A DNA stretch of 64,000 bases from Chrysemys picta bellii. Taxonomy: Eukaryota. This document shows, one piece after another, positions 48,700 through 60,689 of this stretch. The translations under genes were made by a program, and so were the position numbers. Within the stretch, counting starts at the first letter, position 1. Every line of letters starts with the position of its first letter. The notes below the pieces were generated by a model. It was not told where the DNA came from. It searched no databases and saw nothing but the letters and a program-made list of their open reading frames with translations. Location: positions 12,524,001 through 12,588,000 of the forward strand of contig NC_088803.1 in NCBI RefSeq assembly GCF_011386835.1, written 5' to 3'.

Positions 48700-49500
48700 A
48701 TGTTCTAACACTGAGCGATGACTTCAGCAGCACCATTGCAGTACACAGGCTAGCAGCATGTGGCCCTGGTCTGCAGCCAGATGCCTGCAAGAGCTATTCC
48801 CTTTTAACCTCCATTGCCCTCAGGAGTGAGATATCTGCTAAAATCCCCAGCACCTGTGGAAAACAGTGCCAGCATTCAGTTCAATTGCCCTATGTGCATA
48901 TACTGAGGCCTGTGAGCTATCCCCCCTTATTGCCCCAACTCCCTCCCTCACCCCAGGGCCATCCTCTCCCTGGCTGAGAATGCTGCCGTGTTCTATGAAT
49001 CCCAAGGAGAATTAAGAATGTAGTGCTTGTAACTTGTGTGGATCCAGTATACAAAGTTTCCATTGATCTCATGATTACATTCACACAAAAGTACCTCTGT
49101 GCTTTGTACCTTTTGCAGATGACAAGTTGGCATTGAGGGCCTCTCCACCCACACCAGTGGAGTGGCTCAGCCAGATAAGGAGGAGAAGGAAGAGGATGCA
49201 AGATAACATGTCACAGGAGACCCTGCAAGCCTCTGCAGCCTTGAATGCTGAGCACAGGGCTTGGAGGATCACAGACAGCATGGTCAGGGATAGAGTGGAG
49301 AGGAGAAAGGTGCTGGAAAAAGGAGAGGGATGTGCAGCAGGAGATGCTAGTGCTTCTCAAGCAGCAAACAGTCATGCTGCAGACTTCTGTTGACCTTAAG
49401 GTTCAATAGTCCTGTGCTCGCCTCCCTCTGCAGCCTATAGAGAACTGAATTCTAGGACCTCCCCACACAGCTCCACATACATTCCATTTGGCATCCGGGG
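48700..49500 (+). mobile_element. PIF/Harbinger relic (likely Myb/SANT-partner ORF, C-terminal exon)
   Basis: Acceptor ccttttgcag near 49119 followed by the peptide PTPVEWLSQIRRRRKRMQDNM..AWR, recognised from recall of reptile Harbinger second proteins. Confidence 0.5.
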
Positions 49501-49508
49501 CTGTTGTA

Positions 49509-49768
49509 CACGTTTCAACAAAGAACTAGACAAATTCATGGGGGATTGGTCCGTCAATGGCTATTAGCCAGGATGGGTAGGAATGATGTCCCTATCCTTT
49601 GTTTGCAAGAAGTTGGGAATGGGCAACAGGGGATGGATCACTTGATGATTACCTGTTCTGTTTATTCCCTCTGGGGCACCTAGCACTGGCCACTGTCGGA
49701 AGACAAGATATTGGGCTAGATGGACTTTTGGTCTGACCCAGTATGGCCGTTCTTATGTTCTTATGTTC
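49509..49768 (+). mobile_element. CR1 3' end
   Basis: tggccactgtcggaagacaagata...gttcttatgttcttatgttc tail. Confidence 0.9.
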
Positions 49769-50162
49769 CTCCAGCTCAACCTCCACCCTGGGGGAGAATA
49801 TAGGAAATCACAGCTGCACATACACTGACCTGTGAGAGACACGGTTGGTGTATGGGTTTGTGAAATGGAAATGACTGTTCTTTCTCCTTCAAATGTTCTT
49901 TTCCCATTATTTATTAATTTTTATTCAGTTATAAATGTGTCTATTTGCATGCGTATGGCATAAAGGCTTTTTTGGAAACATTTTTTCTTTATTAGTTAAC
50001 ATCTCTTAGTCATTATAAGTGACAAGTGCTGGGCACCTATGACAGTCATACAATGAGATATTAGGGAGAGGGGAAACAGGGCCATTCCCTCTGTTGCTTT
50101 AATCCTGACCATAACCCTTTTCATTCCCTCCACAGCCATCACACAATGTACTGAGGAAGAAA

Positions 50163-50466
50163 ATGTCCAACTGAACCACCGTGGCCAGTTCCTTCTCCTG
50201 GGATTCTCTGATGTTCGGGTGCTGCAGATTTTGCACTTTGTGGTGTTCCTGGTGATTTACCTGGCAGCCCTAATGGGGAATCTTCTCATCATCACAGCCG
50301 TAGCCCTGGACCACCGTCTTCACATCCCCATGTACTTCTTCCTGATTAATCTATTCATCCTAGACCTCGGCTCCATCTCTGTCCGTGTCCCCAAATCCAT
50401 GGCCAATTCTCTCAGGAATACCAAGTTAATTTCTTATTCTGGATGCATTGCCCAAGTCTTTTTTTT
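50163..50466 (+). pseudogene. 5'-only OR14-like pseudogene (type-B-like flanks)
   Basis: ATG TCC AAC TGA (stop at codon 4), a 1-nt frameshift, then LHIPMYFF...SGCIAQVF, truncated by a Penelope-like end at 50471. Confidence 0.92.
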
Positions 50467-50470
50467 TTCT

Positions 50471-50601
50471 GGATGCATCTGAAGAAGTTTGGTTTTTACC
50501 CATGAAAGCTTATGCCCAAATAAATCTGTTAGTCTTTAAGGTCCCACCAGACTCCTTGTTGTTTTTGTAGATACAGACTAACATGGCTACCTCCTGATAC
50601 T
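50471..50601. mobile_element. Penelope-like pLTR fragment with hammerhead core
   Basis: gcatCTGAAGAa...catGAAAgcttatgc; ends ggctacctcctgatac; no TSD. Confidence 0.75.
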
Positions 50602-50714
50602 TGATAGTATTCATTGTATAATTTACACTAGTAAAAATCTGGACAAACATACCTCAAGAAAAAATGTAATTACTACAAAGGTACTATACATATATCAATG
50701 TAATTAAGATTGGA

Positions 50715-50764
<50 letters not shown>

Positions 50765-51125
50765 GATGTACTGCTACCCATCTCCATACTATCTGAGAAC
50801 ATTGCACATAAAATCAGTAGCCATAGCAAAGTCCCTAGTCTCTTCTTATTATTCAGGATAAAAATTCTGATTGAGGTATCAAAGCATTTTTTCATTGTGT
50901 TTTTGTTTGTTTGTCAGATTTTTAGTTTATATTTCTGTAGTAGTTTGTTATTTTTATTTGTATCTCTGTTCCAGTTGGGTTTGGAGGTGGGAAGGCCTGG
51001 TGATATAATGAGTGTTTGATTAGACAGGATTTTCTATCTTTGTCCTCTCTTGAGAGTGCCCATATATCATCTCTTTGATGTGGTTTTCTGAGCAAACTGA
51101 AGGTTAGCTCCACAGAGTGATAAAA

Positions 51126-51349
51126 AGTATCAGGGGGTAGCCGTGTTAGTCTGTATCTACAAAACCAACAAGGAGTCTGGTGGGACCTTAAAGATTAACA
51201 GATTTATTTGGGCATAAGCTTTCGTGATGCATCCACTTCTCACTTCTTCGGATGCATCCAAAGAAGTGAGGTTTTTACTCACGAAAGCTTATGCCCAGAT
51301 AAATCTGTTAGTCTTTAAGGTGCCACCAGACTCCTTGTTGGTTTTGTAG
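51126..51349. mobile_element. Penelope-like pLTR insertion, head-to-head inverted
   Basis: 9-bp TSD gtgataaaa (51117-25 / 51350-58); inverted arms 51157-51250 and 51258-51349. Confidence 0.8.
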
Positions 51350-51503
51350 GTGATAAAAGGGCATGCCAAAATTCCTCTTGAAATGATTATACTGTTGGGA
51401 TATTGTTGTATTATTGATGATGTGTTGGGGGACAGAGAGCCTCAGGTAGGTGTCTTTTTATTATTTTAAACTGAATGAATATGTAAAAGCTGTATGCAAT
51501 GCT

Positions 51504-51630
51504 GTTGTAGTTGTCAGACCCAGAATATTAGAGAGACAAGTTGGGTGAGGTAGTATCTTTTATTAGACCAACTTCAATTGATGAGACAGATTAGCTTTCG
51601 AGACACACAGAACTCTTCTTTCACAGACCC
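51504..51630. mobile_element. Second-family Penelope-like end with degenerate hammerhead (minus strand)
   Basis: gagagacaagttgggtgaggtagtatcttttatt...agctttcgag...ctcttctt. Confidence 0.5.
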
Positions 51631-52333
51631 TATGAGCTTAAGGCTAACACCAAACTGGTGTCAGACCCAGACACTGTCTTGGTGTCTTTCCTTTCCCAGT
51701 CAAATAAAGTGTCATCATACTATCCCCTAAGTAAACCTATCAAGCTAAGTATTGAAGCCTGAATTTTTTGCCCCCACTGCTGCCCTTGGAAGGCTGTTTC
51801 AGAACTTCACTCCTCTGATGGTCAGAAATCTTCAACTAATTTCAAGCCTAAACTTGTTGATGACCTGTTTATATACATTTGTTCTTGTGTCAATGATGGC
51901 ACTTAACTTAAATAATTCCTTTCCCTCCCTGGTATTTTTCCTTCTGATGTACGTGACTAGGAACATTAGTTTCCTTTATGGCTTATTATTTTATACTATA
52001 TGACTTCTCATCAGAATGGTTAATTATATTTAGTTCTTGCTTTCACAAGGAATTGGTTTTATTTTTTACATGGTATGTCTATTTCTAATTTAGCAATTTA
52101 AAGTAAACTTGTCTTTGGTGGCCTTTTCTATTAATCCTGATATAAATGTGAAGTTATAAAGAAAGGAGGGAAAATTTTGTGTTACATTTTAGTGTCTTTT
52201 TCACTGTTAATATATAAACAGTAAAAATACTTTCATATATTTTCCATATTTATACTTTCATGGAAAAAGAGCACGTTATGTCCCTAAATTTATTTCATTT
52301 TAATTTTTTCTATATTTATTCCTGTTTTTTTCT

Positions 52334-52381
<48 letters not shown>
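52334..52381. repeat. (GAAA)n microsatellite
   Basis: Perfect run. Confidence 0.95.
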
Positions 52382-52785
52382 AAAGGTGGAAATTGCGATA
52401 AAAGGAAGCATATTTCTTTTCAAATATTTCTAAATAATTTTGTTTGTGAATTTTCAGATTATTGCAATTCATATTTTCTTCCCCTAAAAGTTCTATATTT
52501 TCCATATTTAAGTACAAAAGAGGCTGTTTCACACTGGAAAATATTTAGGTGAAAATGGGCACTTCTTCCTGAACAGATCTACACTCCATATGCAAAAGAA
52601 GTGGACCTTCATATCCAAAAATGAATTATAAGTAGATTTACTCCTGTAAGACCTCCTAGATAAATACTGCATTGAGGGAATAGTTGCATGCTATTACTTA
52701 ATATCATTAAAAAAACGTAAAACCTGTCAACAAATTTCAAATCAATTATTCCTGTATATAATGAATTAAGTCAAGAATTTTATAA

Positions 52786-53947
52786 TAGAATCATAGAATA
52801 TTAGGGTTCGAAGAGACCTCAGGAGGTCATCTAGTCCAATCCCCTGCTCAAAGCAGGACCAACACCAACTAAATCATCCCAGCCAGAGCTTTGTCAAGCC
52901 GGACCTTAAAAACCTCTAAGGATGGAGATTCCACCACCTCCCTAGGTAACCCATCCAGTGCTTCACTATACTTGCTTTTTTCCAATCGTCCAGGACCTTC
53001 CCCAATCACCATGAATTTTCAAAGATAATGGCCAATGGCTCTGCAATCACATAAGCCAACTCCCTCAGCACCCTTGGATGCATTAGATCTGGACCCATGG
53101 ATTTCTGCATGTCCAGATTTTCTAAATAGTCTTTAACCTGTTCTTTCACCACTGAGGGCTGCTCACCTACTCCCTATGCTGTGTTGCCCAGTGCAGCAGT
53201 CTGGGAGCTGCCCTGGTCTGTGAAGACCGAGGCAAAAAAAGCATTGAGTACTTCAGCTTTTTCCACATCATCTGTCACTAGATTGCCTCCCCCATTCAGT
53301 AAGGGTCCCACACTTTCCCTGACCTTCTTCTTGTTGCTAGCATACCCGTAGAAACCCTTCTTGTTACTTTTCACATCCCTTGCTAGCTGCAACTCCAGTT
53401 GTGCCTCGGCCTTCCTGATTACACCCCTGCATGCTCTAGCAATATTTTTATACTCCTCCCTAGTCATCTGTCCAAATTTCCACTTCTTGTAAGCTTCCTT
53501 TTTGACTTTAAGCTCACCGAAGATTTCACTGTTAAACCAAGCAGGTCGCCTGCCATATTTGCTCTTCTTTCTGCAGTTTGGGATGGTTTGTTCCTGCACT
53601 CTCAATAAGGCTTCTTTAAAATACAGCCAGCTCTCCTGGATTCCTTTCGCCCTCATTTTAGCCTCCCGGGGATCCTGCCCATCAGTTCCCTCAGGGAGTC
53701 TAAGTCTGCTTTTCTGAATTCCAGGTTCCATATTTCGCTACTCTCCTTTCTTCCTTTTTTCAGGATCCTGAATTCAACAATCTCATGATCACTGCTGCCT
53801 AGGTTGCCACCCACTTCTACTTTCCCTACCAATTCTTCCCTGTTTGTAAGCAGCAGGTCAAGAGGAGCACGGCCCCTAGTCGGTTCCTCCAGCACTTGTA
53901 CCAGGAAGTTGTCCCCAACACTCTCCAAAAACTTCCTGGATTGTCTA
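52786..53947 (-). mobile_element. CR1 LINE with a large internal deletion
   Basis: The 3' tail (52786-52968) joins directly to endonuclease/linker peptides (DNFLVQVLEEPTRGRAPLDLLLTNREELV; [20 protein letters not shown]). Confidence 0.9.
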
Positions 53948-54098
53948 ATACATATATATATATATTCAGCAGAAGTCAGGGGGCAAAAAGAGAAGGGAAA
54001 AGGAGCTCCACCGGTCTCACAAAGGGCAAGGTGTGAAGGGGAGGGGGCTGCACAGGGGTCACCGAGGGCAATCTGGAAACAGAAATGGCTGTACAGGG

Positions 54099-55213
54099 TG
54101 TCACCTTGTCTGGAATGGCTCACGACCATGAGTGCCTACTTCAGGGCAGACTGCCAAAAACAGGGCAGACACCCCAAACTGGTGATGGGTTCTATAATTA
54201 GATTTGATTAAGCCAGTAACAAATGCGAACTCCTGGATCACTATACAAGTCTTTCCATGGAGTCACAGAGAGTCCCCTTAGACTCTCCAATCTATCTTGC
54301 CACCCAAACTGGAATTCATGATGAAAGGTCACTTACACCAAAACTCACATCATATTCAGGTTGCTTCCAGTATCAAGAGACCAGTCACTTACAGCAGAAC
54401 AACTGGTACCCTAGATCTTTCACCAAAGACAACACCTGTAGCCAGTCCTTCAATAAACTACCTAAAGGTTTATTAACTGGGAAAAAGGAATCAGAGAGTT
54501 ATTTACAGGTTAAAGTAAGTGACCACATACATCCTCATGAGTTACCATCTACATCCTAAGAGTTACAGAGTTATAGTGATAGGTCACTTCAAAGTGTCTT
54601 TCAGGACACACCCAAGAGGCAGCCCTTGGGGATCTCTGGCTTCAGTTCCAATTCTCTGGATCTTCCAAGTTCAAATAGCCCAAAAGACACAGTTTCTTTT
54701 TGTCAGGGATTTTTACTCCCTTCCCCCAGAGTTCAAGATGATGGAATGACTTCATGTGCATGTCTCCTCTTCATGGGGGCGGTGGGAGAACTCAACAAAG
54801 TCTTTTGTCCTCTGACGTTCCACAATGGTTCTTCTGGTATCTATGGGCCTTCTTCTATTGGGAAGGAGATGACACCTCCTCTGGCAAACTAGTATTTCAC
54901 CCTTTCTCATGTTTCTCTCCTGAATGTGGGGGTTTACAGTTTCAGAGCAATCACCTTTATAGTTACAGAGCAAATATGTAAATATTATCTTATAACATGA
55001 GATATAGACATTATCAGTGAGATTAATGCAGGCAGGAACATACAAGCATTTCAGAGAGTCTACACACTAGATGTATTCTTATAAGACTAATATCTACTTT
55101 GAGCAAAACTAGCACACAGGTCACCTGATTTGGTCTCCAGCTATGAGGTTGCCAGTTCTGCGCTAATGTCTGCAGCCTGGGGAAGTGCTGGCATCTGGCC
55201 TGCCAGTGTCACA
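54099..55213 (-). mobile_element. Complete solo LTR (1115 bp)
   Basis: TG...CA termini, 5-bp TSD caggg (54094-98 / 55214-18), AATAAA on the minus strand near 54470. Confidence 0.85.
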
Positions 55214-55413
55214 CAGGGGTCACTGAGGCCACAGGCTGAAGGGGAAGAGGATGCCCAGTGTTTAATATGAGCAGAGTGCTATAAGGACACTTCACTCTCT
55301 TTTTCTTGCCAACTGACAATCCAGTGTCATCATGAATGACTGTGAGTTGCCCCTACGAATTGCAGTATATAGTCCGTGGCCTGAATGATAGTGAGTATTG
55401 CTCTACTACATGT

Positions 55414-55795
55414 ACATCCTGGATAATTCCTACTGCCATATCCCAAAAGTCATCAAACTGGCCTGCACCGACATCTACCTGGTCATCTTTATTCTCCTGG
55501 TCATGTAGTACACCACCATCTTAGTTAAGATAATGACACAGGTCATGGAAGGGAAGCCAAGCATCAGTTTATCTGAGGATCCCACATCCCAGTTCCGTTT
55601 TCACAACTCCTACCCTGCATTTCCCTCTATGCTTGGCCCTTCTGGAAATTACCTCTAGCTAAGTTGGCTTCAGTTATTTATACTGTAATCACCCTAATAC
55701 TGAGCCCCATGATCCACAGACTGAGAAATGCTGAGATGAAATTGAGAATCAGGAAATTGAGGAATAGAATTCTGTTTTCAGGGAAGAAACAATAA
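55414..55795 (+). pseudogene. 3'-half OR4-like pseudogene fragment
   Basis: Aligns by eye to 59090-59512 (ILDN..C..KVIKLACTD...LRNAEMK) with stops and indels. Its 3' flank (55800-56400) resembles 59520-60210. Confidence 0.85.
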
Positions 55796-58570
55796 CATCA
55801 TAATTTAGCTTCAAATTATCTTTTTTTTTCTTTAGTAATTTTTATTCCATATGAAGTTTCCATCGGAGTATTAATACATTTCATTCATAATCCATTTATT
55901 ACATATTAATAAATGTATTGGGGGTGAAACTCTGCTCATAATGTTTACACTTCTGGAAATGATGTATTCTGCACTATGCCTTGATATAGAAATCTCTGCC
56001 ATTTTCTCCATGTATAATCTCCAGGGATTCCATGTATTTTATTCCTTCATGCCTCTAATGCTAATGGATGTGTCCTCCAAACATGGGCTATCATAGATGT
56101 GCCTACTAGCAATCATTTTGTTATCAATGGATTTTTCCCTGAGTCAACATCCAGCTTTGGAGTGTGACTGTGTGTTCCATGGGTGTCCAATCTTTAGTAA
56201 TCTTCCTAAATCTATTTATTTTCCTCCAAAACATTGTCCGATTACTCTCCTATTATCTTAGGCCATTCTCAGCAAATATGGAGAAAGACCACTGTTCCTC
56301 CACACATTCTCTAGCCATTATGACTCCCTTTCTTATGTATTTTCCTGAGCTTATGTGGAGTGAATTACGATTGATGAAGTATTTTGAGCTGCGTTGTTGA
56401 AGTTTCACAACACTGACATTGTCTGCTGACTTCATAATCAGACTGACTTTGCAGATTGACATTCATTCAGATATCCTCCAGAAGTCGTTCTTATTTTCCA
56501 TAGAGCTCTTGGACAAAATATCTTAAAGGGGTTCAGGAGGGATGAGGAAATACAACTGCACCCTTTCAGAGACACTAGACCCAACATGCCACCTAGAACT
56601 GACATGGAATCCAGAAGTACTGGTTACTTTCCTCCAGCTCTGACCCACAGAACAGCTTTTTATCTCAGAGCAAGGAATAGAATCCAGGAGTCTTGGCATT
56701 TGCTCCATTTGGAGGCCAGACAACGATCCAGTTCAGCTCCTGTGCCTCTTTGTGTCAAGCCCAATCAACTTGGTAAATTTCCAAAGCCTGTTCAGTTTGA
56801 GTGGCTAAAAAGAAACATAAACAAAATGAAAAACTCCAGGAACTTATTAATTATTCCCCTTGAGACTGAAATCTCAAACCTCCAAAGCAGCAACTCTGTT
56901 AATCTGGCTCAGTAAAGCTCAGGGGGATTTCAGTGAGTCTTTGATCCTAGCACCAGTCTTGGTGCATGGGTCAGATGGGATATAAGGGGAAGATTTCTGC
57001 GGCTGTCTACTCTTTGGAATCAGGTCCCCTTCCCCACCCAGTCAGGAAAACAATGACCAGCTATGAAATGTGACTTCCCTGGACCATCCTCAATTGTTTG
57101 GAGGCAGCCGACTCTGAGATCATCAGCACACAGGCTGAGGTCATGACTTTTGTTTTCAAAATCTGCAATGTAGAATTAGCAATTGGCATTGTTATTGCAG
57201 AGAGGAAGTGAGTGTTAGGGGCAGTTCAGAGATTGGCTTGGATTTTAGAAGAACCTAACTGAGTTAGGAAGAGAACAGTTCACTGAGCCTTTACCACCAA
57301 ACTTTGTAACACTAGCTCTGTCTGACCAAGCATCTTCTATGGCAGCTGCTTTGTTCTGCTCTGATCTGAAAGGTTTTATCTTGGAAGCAAGGTGGAGCTA
57401 GGAAGCAAAAATTAGAAAAAGCCCAGGGAAATGCTCATAAAATCTGAGCAGGATTCCCTGTGTTTACCTCCCTTATTCCCCTTTGAAAATCCAGACTGAG
57501 AGAGGAAGTTTTTAAAGTTTTTGGTTGACCCCCAAGAAAAAAAAAGAATCAAAATTAAAATTCAATCTGAATATAAAATTTGCAAAAACTAATTGTTTAG
57601 AAATTAATTGAAAATTGGGATTTAAACACTAATGGCATGAAAATTTTCATTTTCTTTCCTTTTTGAATTTAACCATGAAAAATTAGATATATTGACTATT
57701 TCATAGATGTGTTTTATTGGGGAAAAAATTTAAAATCAGTTCTAGATATTTTCAAAAATGTTAATGGGAGCTCAGAATCCATAATCCCACAGCAGTTTTG
57801 AATATTTAAATAGGGATGCATAGACAGAAATCTTTTTGTGTTCACAGCTTTCAAATTCAGTTGTTTAAAATTATGCACCACTATCCATAGGCATCTCAAT
57901 ACAGTGACTGGATTTATTTCAGATGCAGTGAGCACATGCAATTACTTCTAAAGACAATTAGGGTTAATTCCTTCTCTTTTTGTAACCTAGGGCACACACT
58001 GGGCACATGAATCCTCTAAATAAGTGGTTCTCCTGTTTTCCATTCCAACTCTTCTTCAGTCTAAACGAGGAACTACGTGGGACCTCCTTGCCACATATGA
58101 ATATGGGAAGGGCATTCTGGTTGTCATGAACACCTGACAATTTCTTATGACCCCGACACTGAGAACCACTGGACTCTCAGAAGCTCTGCCTAAGAGCACT
58201 CCCTGCAACTCACGTTATTCCCAACCATGACTCTTTAGACCCCGTGGATGTGTGCAACATGAGGACTGCAGGGAAATGAATAGGGAAAGTGGCTAGGCAA
58301 AGGCTTGATTTCGTGGGTAGGCTGCTCCTTTTCAGGCCCAATGATCCCAAAACTCAGGATGACAACTGGTGTAGTTCATAGGGTCTGCTGTAGCAGGGAT
58401 GCCCTGCACTGAGGATGACTGAATTTAGTAAACTAAGATAATTATTAAACAAATGTCTGTTAAAAGGCATTAATATTGATTTAATACTACTAATTCAAGG
58501 AGGGAATAATAATAACTTCTTCATACTAATTATTACAGTTTTCTCTCTAGACATGTTTTGAAGCTAGTAA

Positions 58571-59512
58571 ATGGAACAGCAGAACCTCAGCTCCACAGTG
58601 ACAGAATTTGTCCTCTTGGGCCTCATCCAGAATCCTGACCTGCAACGATGTCTCTTCGTCATCTTCTTCATAGTCTACCTGACAACCTGGTTGGGAAACT
58701 TCACCATCATCACCACTGTGATCACCAGCCACCAGCTCCACACCCCCATGTACTTCTTGCTGGCCAACTTGGCTTTCCTAGATGTCAGTGACTCATCAGT
58801 CAATGCTCCAAAATTGCTGTTGGGTCTCCTCTCCCAGCACAGAATGATCTCGTTCAATGAGTGCATCCTCCAAATGTTCTTATTCCACTTCATTGCCGGT
58901 GCTATGGTTGTTGTCCTTGTGGTGATGGCTGCTGATCGGTACATAGCCATCTATAAACCACTGCGGTACTTGACTAGTATGAACCGTGTTGTGTGCATGA
59001 GGCTGGTGACAGGGGCATGGTTGGGTGGATTGGCTCACTCTGCTGTTCAGATTGGATTGATCCTCCAGTTGCCTTTCTGTGGTCCAAATATCCTGGACAA
59101 TTTCTACTGTGATGTCCAACAAGTCATCAAACTGGCCTGCACGGACACCTACTTGGTTGAGCTTCTGATATTTTCCAATGGTGGGATGCTTGTCATAGTA
59201 ATGTTCATCATCCTGCTCATTTCATACACCATCATCTTTGTCAAGATAAAGAAACATGTTACAGATGGAAAGCGCAAAGCTCTGTCTACCTGTGGATCCC
59301 AGATCACAGTTGTGTGTTTACAATTCACACCCTGCATCTTCATCTATGCTCGGCCCTTCCGGAAATTGCCCATGGACAAGTTGGCTTCAATCATTTACAC
59401 TGTAATCAGCCCAATGCTGAACCCAATCATCTACACCCTGAGAAACGCTGAGATGAAAAAGGCCATTAGGAGACTGATGAGCAGAATTCTGTCCTGGGGG
59501 AAGAAACTATAA
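58571..59512 (+). CDS. Olfactory receptor, OR4-like, 313 aa
   Basis: Intact ORF with TEFVLLGL, LHTPMYFLLANL, MAADRYIAI, FYCDV, KALSTC, PMLNPIIYTLRN. Family assignment is from motif style. Confidence 0.92.
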   Translation: MEQQNLSSTVTEFVLLGLIQNPDLQRCLFVIFFIVYLTTWLGNFTIITTVITSHQLHTPMYFLLANLAFLDVSDSSVNAPKLLLGLLSQHRMISFNECILQMFLFHFIAGAMVVVLVVMAADRYIAIYKPLRYLTSMNRVVCMRLVTGAWLGGLAHSAVQIGLILQLPFCGPNILDNFYCDVQQVIKLACTDTYLVELLIFSNGGMLVIVMFIILLISYTIIFVKIKKHVTDGKRKALSTCGSQITVVCLQFTPCIFIYARPFRKLPMDKLASIIYTVISPMLNPIIYTLRNAEMKKAIRRLMSRILSWGKKL

Positions 59513-59728
59513 AGACAGAATGTATCGTGAATTATCTTTCCCCCCCAATTATGTTATTATTGTCCTAAATGAACTTTCCATCAGAGTTTTTATAATACAT
59601 ATCTTTAATCCCTATTTTTAACATTTAAAAAAATCATGTTGTTCAACCTCTTAGCATGAAGTTTGTAATCATTGTGTTCAAATTCCAAACATGGAAATGA
59701 TTCAATACATACTCTACTTGACCCCAAT

Positions 59729-59827
59729 TCATAGAATAATAGAATCATAGAATATCAGGGTTGGAAGGGACCTCAGGAGATCATCTAGTCCAACCCCCTG
59801 CTCAAAGCAGGACCAATCCCAACTAAA
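59729..59827 (-). mobile_element. CR1 3' end (short)
   Basis: catagaatatcagggttggaagggacctcagg. Confidence 0.9.
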
Positions 59828-60689
59828 TGAATTAATGGATCTTTCCCTTTTTCTCCATTAGAAGGTTTTCCCATACTTTATTTCCCTTTGCCATTAATGT
59901 TGGTGGATCTATCCTTCTCCAAACATGAACTATCAAATATCTTGTTACCAGAAGTAATTGTGTTACCAGTGTGCCCTTCCCTCAGTGAGTAACCAACTTT
60001 GAAAAATAATTCTGGGTTCTATAGGTGGCCTACCTTTAGTATTCGTGAGAAATCTGTTTAATTTGTCAAAAAATATTGTCTAATTTCTGTACTATTATCT
60101 TAATGCAATCCCAGCATATATGCCTGCACACCTTCTCTAGCCATTATGTTTCCCTTTCTTATACATTTTCCTGAGCTTAAGTGGACTGACTTAGCATTGA
60201 TGAAGTATTTTATAATACTTTTCCTGAATAGTTGCAAATATAGATATATTTTTAGCTTCCTCTAGATGCTCTCCAGTCTTCCAAGTGATATCTGCTTTTA
60301 TATACTTTCCCCATTTTTTTCATAAATGTGCTCTTCTCTTCTAGATAAATCAGTAACAATAATACTCAATATAAAAGTTGGGGTCTCACATTTCATAGCT
60401 TCTGTCAGCTGAGCCCCTTGCACACATCAGGGGCTCCTTGCTTTCCTCCTTTCCCCCCACCAGCTCCCTGTGTGCCACCCTCTCATCCCCCTCTGTTTCA
60501 TGGACTAAATAGCTACTTTGCACAAACAGTATGCAATGCATCAATGTTTAATTTATTTTAATTTTGCTAAATTGAAAATAATTTATACCAATATAATTAT
60601 TCATATTGAACAAGAAATAGTTCCCAGCCATTTTATATTCATTCAATGTTAAGTTAAGAAAATTGTAAGTTTTACATAACATGAAAATA

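Noticed and set aside
57421-57610. O/E-like gcccagggaa plus two TAATTG sites upstream of the OR4-like gene
   Set aside because: Plausible, but short motifs in AT-rich sequence with no paralog here to show conservation; not supportable without data.
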